Positions 11,601-18,364 of a stretch of 64,000 nt of DNA are shown here, one piece after another. The notes under the pieces were generated by a model. It was not told the DNA's origin and did not search any database. It worked only from the letters and a program-made list of their open reading frames with translations. Made by a program: the position numbers and the translations under genes. Every line of letters begins with the position of its first letter. The stretch's first letter is position 1. Origin of the DNA: Candidatus Obscuribacteraceae bacterium. GTDB lineage: Bacteria > Cyanobacteriota > Vampirovibrionia > Obscuribacterales > Obscuribacteraceae. Location: the NCBI GenBank assembly GCA_044226015.1, contig JBGAHS010000002.1:352001-416000 (forward strand), read 5' to 3'.

Positions 11601-11868
11601 AGCCATTCTTCGGGATGAGATTGGAAATGACAATCCGAGCTCATCGACTGTTGCCACTCGCAACACGCATGTGTTGAATCTGCGAGATGGACTGACAGCT
11701 CATTTCAGCGAATTCTCAATGCTCTCTGCGATGGCAAACGACCATACACTTCGAGCATTAAGCCAATCGAAATCGAAAGAGGATCGCAGACATTTCGATC
11801 AGATTGCGAAAAATGCATGCATCATTGGTTCGCTGACAATCAAGAAGGGTCCTTACAGGGCAAACTAG
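2650..11868 (+). CDS. Giant secreted glycine-rich repetitive protein (filamentous-haemagglutinin-like N region, PGRS-like Gly repeats, beta-rich C-terminal domain)
   Basis: 3072-aa ORF. Basic N-terminus, hydrophobic stretch and AHA-E cleavage site. N-terminal beta-helix-like segments, then about 2200 aa of GGxGGxGG tracts alternating with short beta strands, and a non-repetitive ~250-aa C-terminus. Confidence 0.85.
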   Translation: MKKRLKKRISKRKTMSFAALVTLVNSFPNCAHAEQGVPLQPVLVSLTTNTKAQSGVTIQSNTAVLDVSNTPVTRINGNLTNHGTLYVVSTNPQVDVAKIIAQNIFNTHGATITTVLPTGGIQGFESAIPNLSLTLAAIRNIVNNGIISSAGNLNLVAGGTITNAPSASATQASAALQATNNINILASSIINHGVIASQLGNVALANASTYTATVQQLGLSNISSMLSKTISINNNAGLISALNGQVCVGSSNLLAKSTLTMIGGTIDSPTINFDSGNGALKAFLNNATGTVNVAGLNAQFGTTSPTLTLGSLNITGDPTFFNTGNISIISDIIVPENLAIIAGGNITAASPVTIATTDANGQGHDVYIVAGAAFTLAGNPTPSSTLLTGGTPLTSAQRVNVIGASATGGTISLGNSVINTSSGAGDRNGGAITLVAYPQQVLSNPQTGGIENVNILTGGSGKGNNGAINVIAGGSIGATNIAIRQVQVTNTGGSGLKPGAINFNAALPQGKPSFNDHGIASATFSPSITPTQYDISIDRILTNDGGAINVVTGGKVTSSSKIDSSGIVSGRNGGDVTISGALVNISAPIYASGSAGIPGTNSAAGIAGGAGQDGGSGGRISITGNNGITIDADIISNGGAGGKGGQGGDGAKVNQAGAIGGAGGLGGGGGSISLETKDASITLNALATLSMNGGRGGDGGDGGLGAAVVPGGAGTAGGSGGAAGLSGDGGMFQSLSGNGTVSFSGTITAIGAAGAIGGAGKDGKGGTKGGAGGSSGSSSNGGDGGMVSISSNAGNINFGVLDFSGGAGGDSSAAGDGGDANGGTSSFGGDGGRLSSAGSGGDGGRMSIISKTGAVSFLNNVAAGGAIGGSMLGLSGKGGIGSGTGGFGGAVLDAGSGGSGGSLFVKTAGTVSTSGLLTFTGGQGGVISASAGAGGDGLTGRAGGSLGKAGSGGKGGDVSLTSSSNSITVVSTIDSSGGKAGDSAGTSGAGGAAKTGFAGGGGNIGMGGSGGKGGSISLSSAAVITVTGDLFAVGGYGTVQSGVAAAGGDSAGTQSGAGGDGGDIASTGDGGDGGRISLSAKGDVIITNINASGGHGGDMNGVAGNAGDGKVGGAGGSVGNSGSGGSNGAVSITTNNLLPPGLINVDNHYIQANGGDAGNYEAKGGNGGNGTAGVGGVGGSLGSQGKGGGGGNIYLSGYDFKLNPGGFILAQGGNTLGYELTKGSSGNGGNGGGTGSANGGNGGLVGSAGDGGSGGIIQLDIKNTIFIDNGGNQFFDSIGARGGGVGNFSPRSGKGGNAGSGNGNGGNGGNIGANGNGGAGGSITINGDQGDITGTTAFGTIATTGGYLFGNYALSGAGGNAGKKGIGGKSGSIANNGDAGKAGDIKISTGAGNINLTPLVAVGGDILFGYSPTTGDGGTGGSISGNGGNSGSIGNNGKGGKGGNITVSTKTGDIGTAGNVGASFLSPGGRISTLENSSPTTGRGGDAIDGNGGSSGSIGTNGAGGDGGSVTLKSDSGKITLTKAGTIATGGDGGTFLAHTGDGGNSTTARAGSSGNIDKNSGGGKGGQITITSKTGDVTNAGILVVQGGSAYGNQSVTGNGGISLQDTGGTSGNIGRGGDGGNGGDIILFSGGNINNQEALIAAGGNAASETYKPITGNGGNGAIKGGNSGFIDAAGSAGGGGTIKVVSTGSTALNLDRLLVDGGFSGFLTLFTPTKVNMEGQTGKGGNGAVGGDAGRVGDAATGGKAGEITLIVQTSIDKVSSLGASGGFGGDQKGIGGEGGTGTRTGGKGGAVGGGGGGGGGGLITVESADGPSIQIRDLVATGGAGGNNSGKGGRGGDATESTGAAGAGGKVDTAGDGGTGGEADISILNLIGPTSITAYADSKTGADAWNMSGGSGGKQTGIGGIGGNGMGGITGTKDSVGGAGGIVERSGGGGDGGTLKVSLPAGLLTIFDVTITGGNSGENSGKGGNGGYASGLKTGGKGGDVNGQGPAGAGGTFKFSGADIFIEPKETTPPTLTETFNLNGGNAGIYTAVSGKGGAGGGPGGDGGNINAGGFAGIGGTFEISASNSVTFQDSTISVNGGNRLSISVTAGDGGNGGRSKIAGAGGDGGGIKSNGGAGKAGSISISSLESDVTAKGSPVLLANGGDSSAGTFTSGNGGTGYLLGRGGNGGDIAAGPSAAGEGTVSISAKGNIQLPTINLIGGSIISTFVATSGNGGTGGTQEGNGGNGGPIASNGDAGKGGTLTLKTGDDKSKVSGDILITDINVNGGSVGDMLVISGNGGNAATKLGQTFTGGQGGVIQNNGNGGDGGSIGIITAGAVAASGNWTAIGGNVGNFNGTGGNGGSGTPAVVDSKDSVTQGGSGGGAGILGKNGLGGSGGSVKIEAKSLDISFTNELKAYGGNVGNYKGVSGNGGDGGAGGGDGGLLGSGGTAGFGGIVDISAENGDISTVSINVNAGLIGTYSATAGNAGYSPRTGGVGGSTGDAGSGAGGGKVVLSTQGGAVTITGSVTANGSAGADNSASNKASNGSDGLLKGGNGGSTGSSGDGGSGGRIEVTSKNSSVSITGDLFANSAAGGNQAGIAGKGGNASTKISKPDTGIAGSGGAVAISGAGGQNSLKGVLIGIELTSGTTLTVGGGIQSNGANGGANTGHAGDGGTALRVGGIGGNLGGTGAGSNAGAIKLTAPTISVTGNISGNGGSGGSQVGGVAGNGGNATGPDGIGGNGGKVISTGSGGNGATIVVTASVDPGLKAQSSFAAGLVGAQIPGTIGGLGGTGAKQNGLNGVIENFGKNGTNGSYTFNILTLNEWNTEDSNEHDLRKRKMRPSLIAIDSRKHSYSDYVQIPDETASELKEIGFVQLVTPPPVSTLQMVVSQRDGLNTLIETERLSPEAAQKLAAHGVSIAVGSGDESYVLKYGSIMFAPTHNIVVRTNAGKFSIAGGSKVIVTASDHETIVRNLHDRKIGDVCVFNGTRRIAIELGMQAILRDEIGNDNPSSSTVATRNTHVLNLRDGLTAHFSEFSMLSAMANDHTLRALSQSKSKEDRRHFDQIAKNACIIGSLTIKKGPYRAN

Positions 11869-11898
11869 TCAACCCAACTAAACATGTTTAGTTCAGGC

Positions 11899-11935
11899 AA
11901 CAGACTCTTCCGACAAAAGAGTCTGTTTACTTTTT
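11899..11935 (+). terminator. Intrinsic terminator of the giant gene
   Basis: Hairpin aacagactctt-N7-aagagtctgtt followed by tactttttc, 30 bp after the stop. Confidence 0.7.
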
Positions 11936-12170
11936 CAGAAAATTTTCGCCCTCTTGGCGGGCAGAAAAAACTTCAGAACTCCATCGGTACCGGTGGAGTT
12001 TTCAAAATTATCTTCGCCTCTTGGCGGGCAGAAAAACCTTAGTACTCCACCGGTACCGGTGGAGTTTTCAAAATTATCCGCGCCTCTTGGCGGGCAGAAA
12101 AACCTTAGTACTCCACCGGTACCGGTGGAGTTTTCAGATTTGTCTTCGCCCTCTTGGCTGGCAGAAAAAC
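11932..12170 (+). repeat. Tandem array (~3.5 copies) of 66-bp repeat, family A
   Basis: 66-bp period. Perfect 22-bp palindrome ACTCCACCGGTACCGGTGGAGT at 12044-12065 and 12110-12131, with a one-mismatch copy near 11978-11999. Confidence 0.92.
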
Positions 12171-12211
12171 ATCGAGACACTCTAGATTACACAGCGAAGG
12201 TCCACGCGCAA

Positions 12212-12946
12212 TCAATGTTCTGTGGTAGGCATTTCAGCACTGGTTGGCACTTCCACTCTTAACCTGTAACCAACACCTGGTTCCGTAATCAAATGCTTCG
12301 GGTGAGCAGCGTTATCTTCCAATTTCTGCCGCAGTTGCCCCATGTAAACGCGCAAATAATGATTCTCATCAGAGTAAGCGTCACCCCAAACTTCTTTCAA
12401 CAACTGTCTGTGAGTAAGTACTTTGCCAGCATGTCGCACCAGCAATGTAAGAAGCTTGTACTCAATTGGAGTCAGATGTAACTCTTTTCCGTCCTTTAGA
12501 ATCTGCCTTTTAGCGAGATCGATATTGATATTTCCAAACGCAAAACTTGTCTCGATGGTGTCAGGCTTTATTCGATCATTGTGCCGTAAAGCAACTCGCA
12601 ACCTTGCAAGCAATTCACCGGTACCAAATGGCTTGGTCAAATAGTCATCGGCCCCAGCATCCAGCGCGGAAATCTTATCTCCTTCTTGACCGCGAGCCGA
12701 CAGAACAATTACAGGAACCGGACACCACTCACGCAACTGTTTGGTGAAATCCAACCCATCCATATCAGGCAAACCAAGGTCTAGAATTATTACGTCCGGC
12801 TTTTCAGTGGCTGCAAGCATCAACCCTTCCTGCCCTGCCGCAGCTTCAATCAATTTGTAACCATTCGAACTCAATGTAACGCGCAAAAATCTGCGAATTT
12901 GTTGTTCGTCTTCAACCAGCAAAATTTTAGGTTCTGAATCTGTCAT
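12212..12946 (-). CDS. kdpE: KdpE-family response regulator (receiver + OmpR winged helix)
   Basis: ILLVEDE, LDLGLPDMDG, DAGADDYLTKPFG, HLTPIEYKLL, YLRVYMGQLRQKLE and TEPGVGYR are all KdpE-typical. Confidence 0.92.
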   Translation of the reverse strand: MTDSEPKILLVEDEQQIRRFLRVTLSSNGYKLIEAAAGQEGLMLAATEKPDVIILDLGLPDMDGLDFTKQLREWCPVPVIVLSARGQEGDKISALDAGADDYLTKPFGTGELLARLRVALRHNDRIKPDTIETSFAFGNINIDLAKRQILKDGKELHLTPIEYKLLTLLVRHAGKVLTHRQLLKEVWGDAYSDENHYLRVYMGQLRQKLEDNAAHPKHLITEPGVGYRLRVEVPTSAEMPTTEH

Positions 12947-12962
12947 ATTGTTTTAGCATGGA

Positions 12963-14795
12963 CTAGGACGGGTCCGCGGCTCCTCCCTGTTCATCGTCGC
13001 CAGTACGCGTGACCTCAGTCGTTATCTTAGTTGAAGTGTCACCAACGGCTGTTTCGCTGCCGGAAGCCCCCCCGGCAGACTGCACCATTCTTTCAGCACT
13101 CGCCTCAGCAAGCGCAGCATCCGACAATGATTCACCAGCTGCTCTTGGCGTAGTAGGCGCCCCAGCCTCTTCTGACGATGCCGACATCACAATTTTCTGT
13201 TCGCCAGAATCAGCAGACACCACCCGCGGTGCCGACGTAGAATCAGCAGGAAAAATACTTTCGTCCTCATGAAGAAACTCAGGAGCCTCGCCTTCAAGCG
13301 GCAAACGAATGGTAAACTCGGCGCCCCCGCCTTCTCGGTTGGCTACAGCGATCGAGCCACCATGAACTCGGGAAATCGCATAACAAATCGCTAGCCCAAG
13401 TCCAACACCCATTTGCGCATTCACAGCGTTTGCAGAGCGGTAAAATTTAGTGAAGATGTTCTGCTCTTCACCAATGATGATGCCAGGACCCCTGTCACCA
13501 ACCTTGAGCAGAACGTACTTGCCATCAGCATCCTCACCTTGATTTGCTTCAATGTCTATGGGTGAGCCTGCTGGAGTGTACCGCACTGCATTCTCAAGCA
13601 AGTTCAAAAGGACTTGCTGCATCAAGATTTCATCGAGCGGAACCAGAGGCAGATCTGGCGGCAATACTATGTTGACCTGCCGCCTTTGCAAGTACCGTTC
13701 CATTCGAGTCAAACTAGCACCAACCAGCTCTTCGATTGAATACCAGCTTCTTTGAACTTTCAAAGTTCCTGACTCGAGGCGCGTCATATCAAGCAAGTTG
13801 CGCACGAGGCTGTTCAAGTGCTCTGACTCTTCCAAAATAACTTGAGCCAGTTCAGTCTTCTGCGCTTCAGAAAGTGAGGAGGCGCTCTCTGCAAGGCTGC
13901 TGCTAGCACCAGTTATGGTGGCAAGCGGAGTGCGCAAATCATGCGAGACCGAACTCAAAAGCGCATTTCGCAACTGCTCCCGCTCTACTTGAATCGTAGC
14001 TTTCTGTGCCGTTTCAGAAAGAGTGGCAACTTCCATACAAAGAGCTGTATGATTCACGAAATTTTCTAACAACTCCATGTCGTCAGAAAGTCCGCGAGTC
14101 TCGCCGCGCGGTGACACCTGCAGAACGCCTAGCACGCCCTTGCCCGCAATTAGTGGCAAATAGAGAGAATTCGCTTGCGGAAAAGCTCCCCGCCCCAGCC
14201 CACAAATTTCAGCGTTTTTGAACACCCAACTGGCTACTTCGTTCTCGGGTCTTTCTAATTTTTCCAAGCCCTTATCTGCGGTGTACTCGTTAATCTTGCC
14301 ATCAGCATCAAGCAAATAAATTCCGACCATGGCATCAAACATAGTTCGCACATGGCGAATCGCTACCTCAACGATGCGATCACGTCCACGAGTCAGCGAC
14401 AATTCTGTACTAAATTTGCGCATAGCTTCGCTGCGCTTCTCACGCAAGCGACCTAATTCTGCCTGATCTTGCAGCTCTGCAGTGAGTGTCGAGATCAGAA
14501 TGGCTATAGTCAACATTACCGTGAAGGTAATAACGAATTGCCAATCTCCAATCAGAAATGAGTATTTCGGATGCACACAGAAATAGTCGAAGCCTGCCAC
14601 GCTGAGAAATGAAGCCAAAATGGACGGACCACGACCAAAACGGGTCGCAATATAAACGATTGAAAGCAGATAGAACATTACGAGGCTTGAGTGATCAAGA
14701 TAGCGAGAAGCCGACCAACACAGCGCGGTGGCGATGCTCGTTAAAATTACTGTTGCCAAGTACCCCATGACAGCCTCGTGAACTGACATCTCCAT
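12963..14795 (-). CDS. kdpD: KdpD-like sensor histidine kinase (DUF4118 TM - GAF - HisKA - HATPase) lacking the N-terminal cytoplasmic domains
   Basis: 4 TM helices at the N-terminus, REQLRNALLSSVSHDLRTPL H-box, NLLENAVRY, GDRGPGI and GLGLAIC. Lies directly upstream of kdpE. Confidence 0.85.
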   Translation of the reverse strand: MEMSVHEAVMGYLATVILTSIATALCWSASRYLDHSSLVMFYLLSIVYIATRFGRGPSILASFLSVAGFDYFCVHPKYSFLIGDWQFVITFTVMLTIAILISTLTAELQDQAELGRLREKRSEAMRKFSTELSLTRGRDRIVEVAIRHVRTMFDAMVGIYLLDADGKINEYTADKGLEKLERPENEVASWVFKNAEICGLGRGAFPQANSLYLPLIAGKGVLGVLQVSPRGETRGLSDDMELLENFVNHTALCMEVATLSETAQKATIQVEREQLRNALLSSVSHDLRTPLATITGASSSLAESASSLSEAQKTELAQVILEESEHLNSLVRNLLDMTRLESGTLKVQRSWYSIEELVGASLTRMERYLQRRQVNIVLPPDLPLVPLDEILMQQVLLNLLENAVRYTPAGSPIDIEANQGEDADGKYVLLKVGDRGPGIIIGEEQNIFTKFYRSANAVNAQMGVGLGLAICYAISRVHGGSIAVANREGGGAEFTIRLPLEGEAPEFLHEDESIFPADSTSAPRVVSADSGEQKIVMSASSEEAGAPTTPRAAGESLSDAALAEASAERMVQSAGGASGSETAVGDTSTKITTEVTRTGDDEQGGAADPS

Positions 14796-14938
14796 TATCC
14801 CTTATTGACTGCCAAATCAGGGCTCAGAGCGCGAATTGGGCCATTGATGGAAACAATATGAGACTGCAGTTTGTGACGCATAACCTGAGACAGAGCTGGG
14901 AATATGAGTCTCAGTGGCTCTACATAGGCTTGGATTAA

Positions 14939-17044
14939 ATGGAAAAGATCGCAAAGAGAACAAGCAGCTCCGCATCATTGTTGCTGGGAGATCTGCTTAT
15001 AAAAGCAAACTTGATAGGCAGACAGGAGTTTGCTGACGCACTTCCAATTTCATTAAAAACAGGTCTTCCAGTAGGTCGCATCCTCATCGGCTCTGGTCAG
15101 GTAAAAGAAAAGACGATGCAAGCCGTTCTTTTCGCGCAATCTCTGGTACGCGACAGACTGCTCGATGAAGAAACAGCAGTCAAAGCAATCGTAATGGTTA
15201 ATGAAGAAACCTGCGATTGGGAAATGGCGCTAAAAAACTTGGGCTGGAAATCCGAATCATATGAGCAAACAAACCGTCTTGGCGAACTTTTCCTCGAAGC
15301 CGGGCTGATCACCGACGCCCAACTTCAAGGCGGACTCGATGCATTTTTCTCGACTGGGCTGCCGCTTGCAAGAGTTCTTGTACTGCAGGGCATTATTGAC
15401 ACACATATCGCATTTGCAGCATTGACTGCACAAAAGCTGGTTCGAGACGGGGCAATTACCCGCCCACAGGCGATTGCCGCTCTGCGCTCTGCCAAAGTCA
15501 ACAACACCACGCTGGAAGATTCACTGGGCTATAACGGCATTGTAGGACCAGAGCCAGTTAATGTGATTCGACTGGGTGAACTGCTTGCACTGGCAAATGC
15601 TGTCAGCGACATCGATTTGATAGATGGGGTAGAACGCTCCATCAAAAATAATGAGCTTATTGGCGAAACAATGGTGACAACGGGTCATCTCTCTAAATAC
15701 TTGCTAGATGCCGCACTCGAGTTACAGAAGATGGCTACAATTGGAAAAATTGAGCCGTCAGCCGCAGGCTCAGCATTGCGCAGAATCTATACAACAGGAA
15801 TCACGGTAGACGAAGCACTAGAAGAGCTCGAATCGCCAGCCGCGACAAGACGCAAGTTGCTTGGACTCGAAGAAAGCGGAGTGCCTTCACACGCGAGATC
15901 CCGAAAAACAGGCAATCACAAACTTCCAAAAGCTCAAGATAACACGAACATTGCTGCGCAAGAGCTTTCGAAAACCAGAGAGATAGACATTATTGCACCG
16001 CAAGACCTCACTAAAACTCGCGAGCTCGATATTGTTCGACCGAGAAATAAAAATGCAGAAGCAGCTCAAGTCGAACCAAAAGACCTGCAAAAAACCATGG
16101 AACTTGACATAGCTATGGTGCCAAATCTGAAAGGTCCAGCAGACAAGAACGAATCTGGCGATGAATTCGTCCCGGCAGAAGAGTTGGCAATCTTGCTCGG
16201 CATTCCGTATAAAGCCGTAGTGAAACGTTTGAAGAAAGGCGCTATCTCAGGCATCCAGCGAAATGGAAAATGGTTTGGCAAATACGAAGAGGAGAATTTG
16301 TCTGATGAGGAAAATGCCAAAATAGATTTCCTTGAGCAAACTATTTTGTCACATCCAGGAGCACAGAAAGACGAGGCAGGAAAAGCTTCCGCAAACAAAG
16401 GAAGAAAAGGACAGGAAGAAGAGTTGCTTGCAAAAGCTAGCGAAGTAATTGATAACATCTGGCAAAAACGTAAATCTCAGGCTAGCTCCGAAGACAAAGT
16501 TGTAGTGGAGATACTCTCCGAACATAGCGACAACAACGAGTTTTTGCAAAAAAGCTCCCACAGCGCAGATTTGCTAGGAGGCAGCGGCGGAAGAGGTGGA
16601 AGTGGCGAAAAGCCCAGTAGGAATCTAATGGATCTGGGCAAGATTCTTGCCAATGAGATGCTAGCTCAGCCGATTCCACCGGACGCTATGGAAAAGATGG
16701 GCGGACTTCAGTACAACATTCCTTTTGGTTACGAACTCAATGCCACAGGTGAATTGTCACCAAGAAAAAATAAATCAACAAGCAAGAAAAAATACCGGTT
16801 CCCTCGCATGGGCAAATCAAGATCTAGCGACAACGCAGCGCAAATGGCGTTTCTCGACAAGCTACTTTCGCGAATTGAGGAACTCAGCCATAGAAACGGT
16901 TATCTTGAAGGCAAACTAGAGGCTCTCACAAACGGACAACTGGAAGGCGCTCCACTGCAAAAAGCAAGGGTACATGCTCCGAAGCGCAAGGTAATAAATG
17001 TCACCTGCGAACAAGACCTCGACGAAGCTGAGTGGATTGATTAG
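14939..17044 (+). CDS. Protein with tandem MshEN-like repeats, an excisionase-type HTH and a C-terminal coiled coil
   Basis: LLGDLLIKANLI, RLGELFLEAGLIT, RLGELLALANAV and LIGETMVTTGHLS repeats. HTH-like EFVPAEELAILLGIPYKAVVKRLKKGAISGIQRNGKW. Coiled coil LLSRIEELSHRNGYLEGKLE. Confidence 0.7.
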   Translation: MEKIAKRTSSSASLLLGDLLIKANLIGRQEFADALPISLKTGLPVGRILIGSGQVKEKTMQAVLFAQSLVRDRLLDEETAVKAIVMVNEETCDWEMALKNLGWKSESYEQTNRLGELFLEAGLITDAQLQGGLDAFFSTGLPLARVLVLQGIIDTHIAFAALTAQKLVRDGAITRPQAIAALRSAKVNNTTLEDSLGYNGIVGPEPVNVIRLGELLALANAVSDIDLIDGVERSIKNNELIGETMVTTGHLSKYLLDAALELQKMATIGKIEPSAAGSALRRIYTTGITVDEALEELESPAATRRKLLGLEESGVPSHARSRKTGNHKLPKAQDNTNIAAQELSKTREIDIIAPQDLTKTRELDIVRPRNKNAEAAQVEPKDLQKTMELDIAMVPNLKGPADKNESGDEFVPAEELAILLGIPYKAVVKRLKKGAISGIQRNGKWFGKYEEENLSDEENAKIDFLEQTILSHPGAQKDEAGKASANKGRKGQEEELLAKASEVIDNIWQKRKSQASSEDKVVVEILSEHSDNNEFLQKSSHSADLLGGSGGRGGSGEKPSRNLMDLGKILANEMLAQPIPPDAMEKMGGLQYNIPFGYELNATGELSPRKNKSTSKKKYRFPRMGKSRSSDNAAQMAFLDKLLSRIEELSHRNGYLEGKLEALTNGQLEGAPLQKARVHAPKRKVINVTCEQDLDEAEWID

Positions 17045-17195
17045 CAAACGCAAACCAGACCTCGACGAAGTTGATTAGTAGCCGCACGGATTGATTCGCC
17101 AAGCCACACGACGACTCGAGAACGCAGTTCGGATTGATTCGCCGACAAAGCCACACAACGACTCGACAAAACCGCACGGATCGATTCACACAGCG
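17014..17195 (+). repeat. Degenerate repeat array that starts with a duplication of the upstream gene's 3' end
   Basis: agacctcgacgaag...gattag occurs at the gene end and again at about 17056. Further ggattgattcgcc, aagccacac and gactcga units follow. Confidence 0.6.
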
Positions 17196-17204
17196 CAACA
17201 CAAC

Positions 17205-18185
17205 TTATTTTGGCACGCAGATATCAACGCATCTGGTGGCAGATTTTTCTGTCTCAAGCTGTATGGTTGTGTGAGTGATACCAAAATCGTCTTGCAATAA
17301 ATCCTTCAGCCGATCCAGAAGCGCCTCAGTATCAGTACCGCGCGTGATAGTGACATGTCCAGACATAGCTATCATTCCAGATGTGATGGTCCACACATGA
17401 ATGTCGTGTACCGCTATAACATTCTCCACTCGCAAAACAGCGTCACTCAACTCTTGCAGGTTGACGTGCTCAGGAGCAGATTCCATCAGAATATCGATGG
17501 ATTCTTTCAATAGCCCCCAGGTGCGAATCAAAATGAAAACAGAAAGCAAACAGCTAATAACAGGGTCTGCCATATACCAGCCCGTGGTCATCATAATCAC
17601 AGCAGCAATTACAACACCGATGGAAGCAAGAAGGTCCGAAACAACCTCAAGATAAGCCGCACGAGTGTTCAGCGAATCTTTGTTATTTGCAGACAACAAA
17701 CGAATTGACACAATGTTAATGCACATTCCAATGAAAGCAACGACTAGCATAATCATGCTCTGAATTTCCGGCGGATGCGAGAATCGTTGAATAGCTTCAA
17801 GCAAGACAAAAATCGAAATAACAACGAGCAAAACTGAATTTGCAAGAGCCGCTAGAATTTCGCTGCGATGATATCCGTATGTTCGGGATGGACCCGCAGG
17901 ACGACTAGACAACCAGAAGGCAAAATTGGCTAGACCTAGAGCAGCCACGTCTCCCAGCATATGCCCGGCATCGGCAAGCAACGCCAAACTACCGGTAAGA
18001 ACACCAGTAACAGCCTCTACGATCATGAATGTTCCAGACAAACAAAGAACTGCTAGTAGTCGCTTGCGACCCATAGTGCGAACGTCACCGTGATGATGTC
18101 CATGTCCGTGACAAGGACCAGCCTTGCTATGACTGTCGTGATCGTGTTGTTCGTCGTGTTCGTGACTACCGTGTTCGTGTGTCAT
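17205..18185 (-). CDS. Cation diffusion facilitator (ZitB/CzcD-like Zn/Co/Cd exporter)
   Basis: His-rich N-terminus, SLALLADAGHMLGD, TYGYHRSEILAAL, VHDIHVWTI and HTTIQLE. Confidence 0.92.
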   Translation of the reverse strand: MTHEHGSHEHDEQHDHDSHSKAGPCHGHGHHHGDVRTMGRKRLLAVLCLSGTFMIVEAVTGVLTGSLALLADAGHMLGDVAALGLANFAFWLSSRPAGPSRTYGYHRSEILAALANSVLLVVISIFVLLEAIQRFSHPPEIQSMIMLVVAFIGMCINIVSIRLLSANNKDSLNTRAAYLEVVSDLLASIGVVIAAVIMMTTGWYMADPVISCLLSVFILIRTWGLLKESIDILMESAPEHVNLQELSDAVLRVENVIAVHDIHVWTITSGMIAMSGHVTITRGTDTEALLDRLKDLLQDDFGITHTTIQLETEKSATRCVDICVPK

Positions 18186-18302
18186 GCCGATGCGCTTTCA
18201 TATTCCAACTATAAGGATATCAGAGCTTTCCTGATTTGATGAGTCAAGTTCAGAAATGCTTAGCTTTAGGGCACTTGCACGAATGAAAACAGTTTTCGCT
18301 TC

Positions 18303-18338
18303 AAAAAGAAATGCCAGCAGTTTTTACACTGCTGGCAT
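18303..18338 (-). terminator. Intrinsic terminator
   Basis: Hairpin atgccagcagt-N6-actgctggcat with a U-rich tail on the minus strand, just after the 18365 stop. Confidence 0.75.
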
Positions 18339-18364
18339 GACATCAGCCCCCCGACTGATGAACT

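Noticed and set aside
2809..11601. Many Pro-rich minus-strand ORFs (e.g. 4416-5408, 7605-8288)
   Set aside because: Antisense shadows of GGN glycine codons in the giant gene.
11876..11893. Perfect 18-bp palindrome AACTAAACATGTTTAGTT
   Set aside because: Single AT-rich occurrence between a stop codon and a terminator, with no supporting context.
14800..14938. Short repeats (aatatgagac/aatatgagtc) and a ctgagac/gtctcag stem as a c-di-GMP riboswitch
   Set aside because: Does not match the GEMM consensus; too short to support a call.
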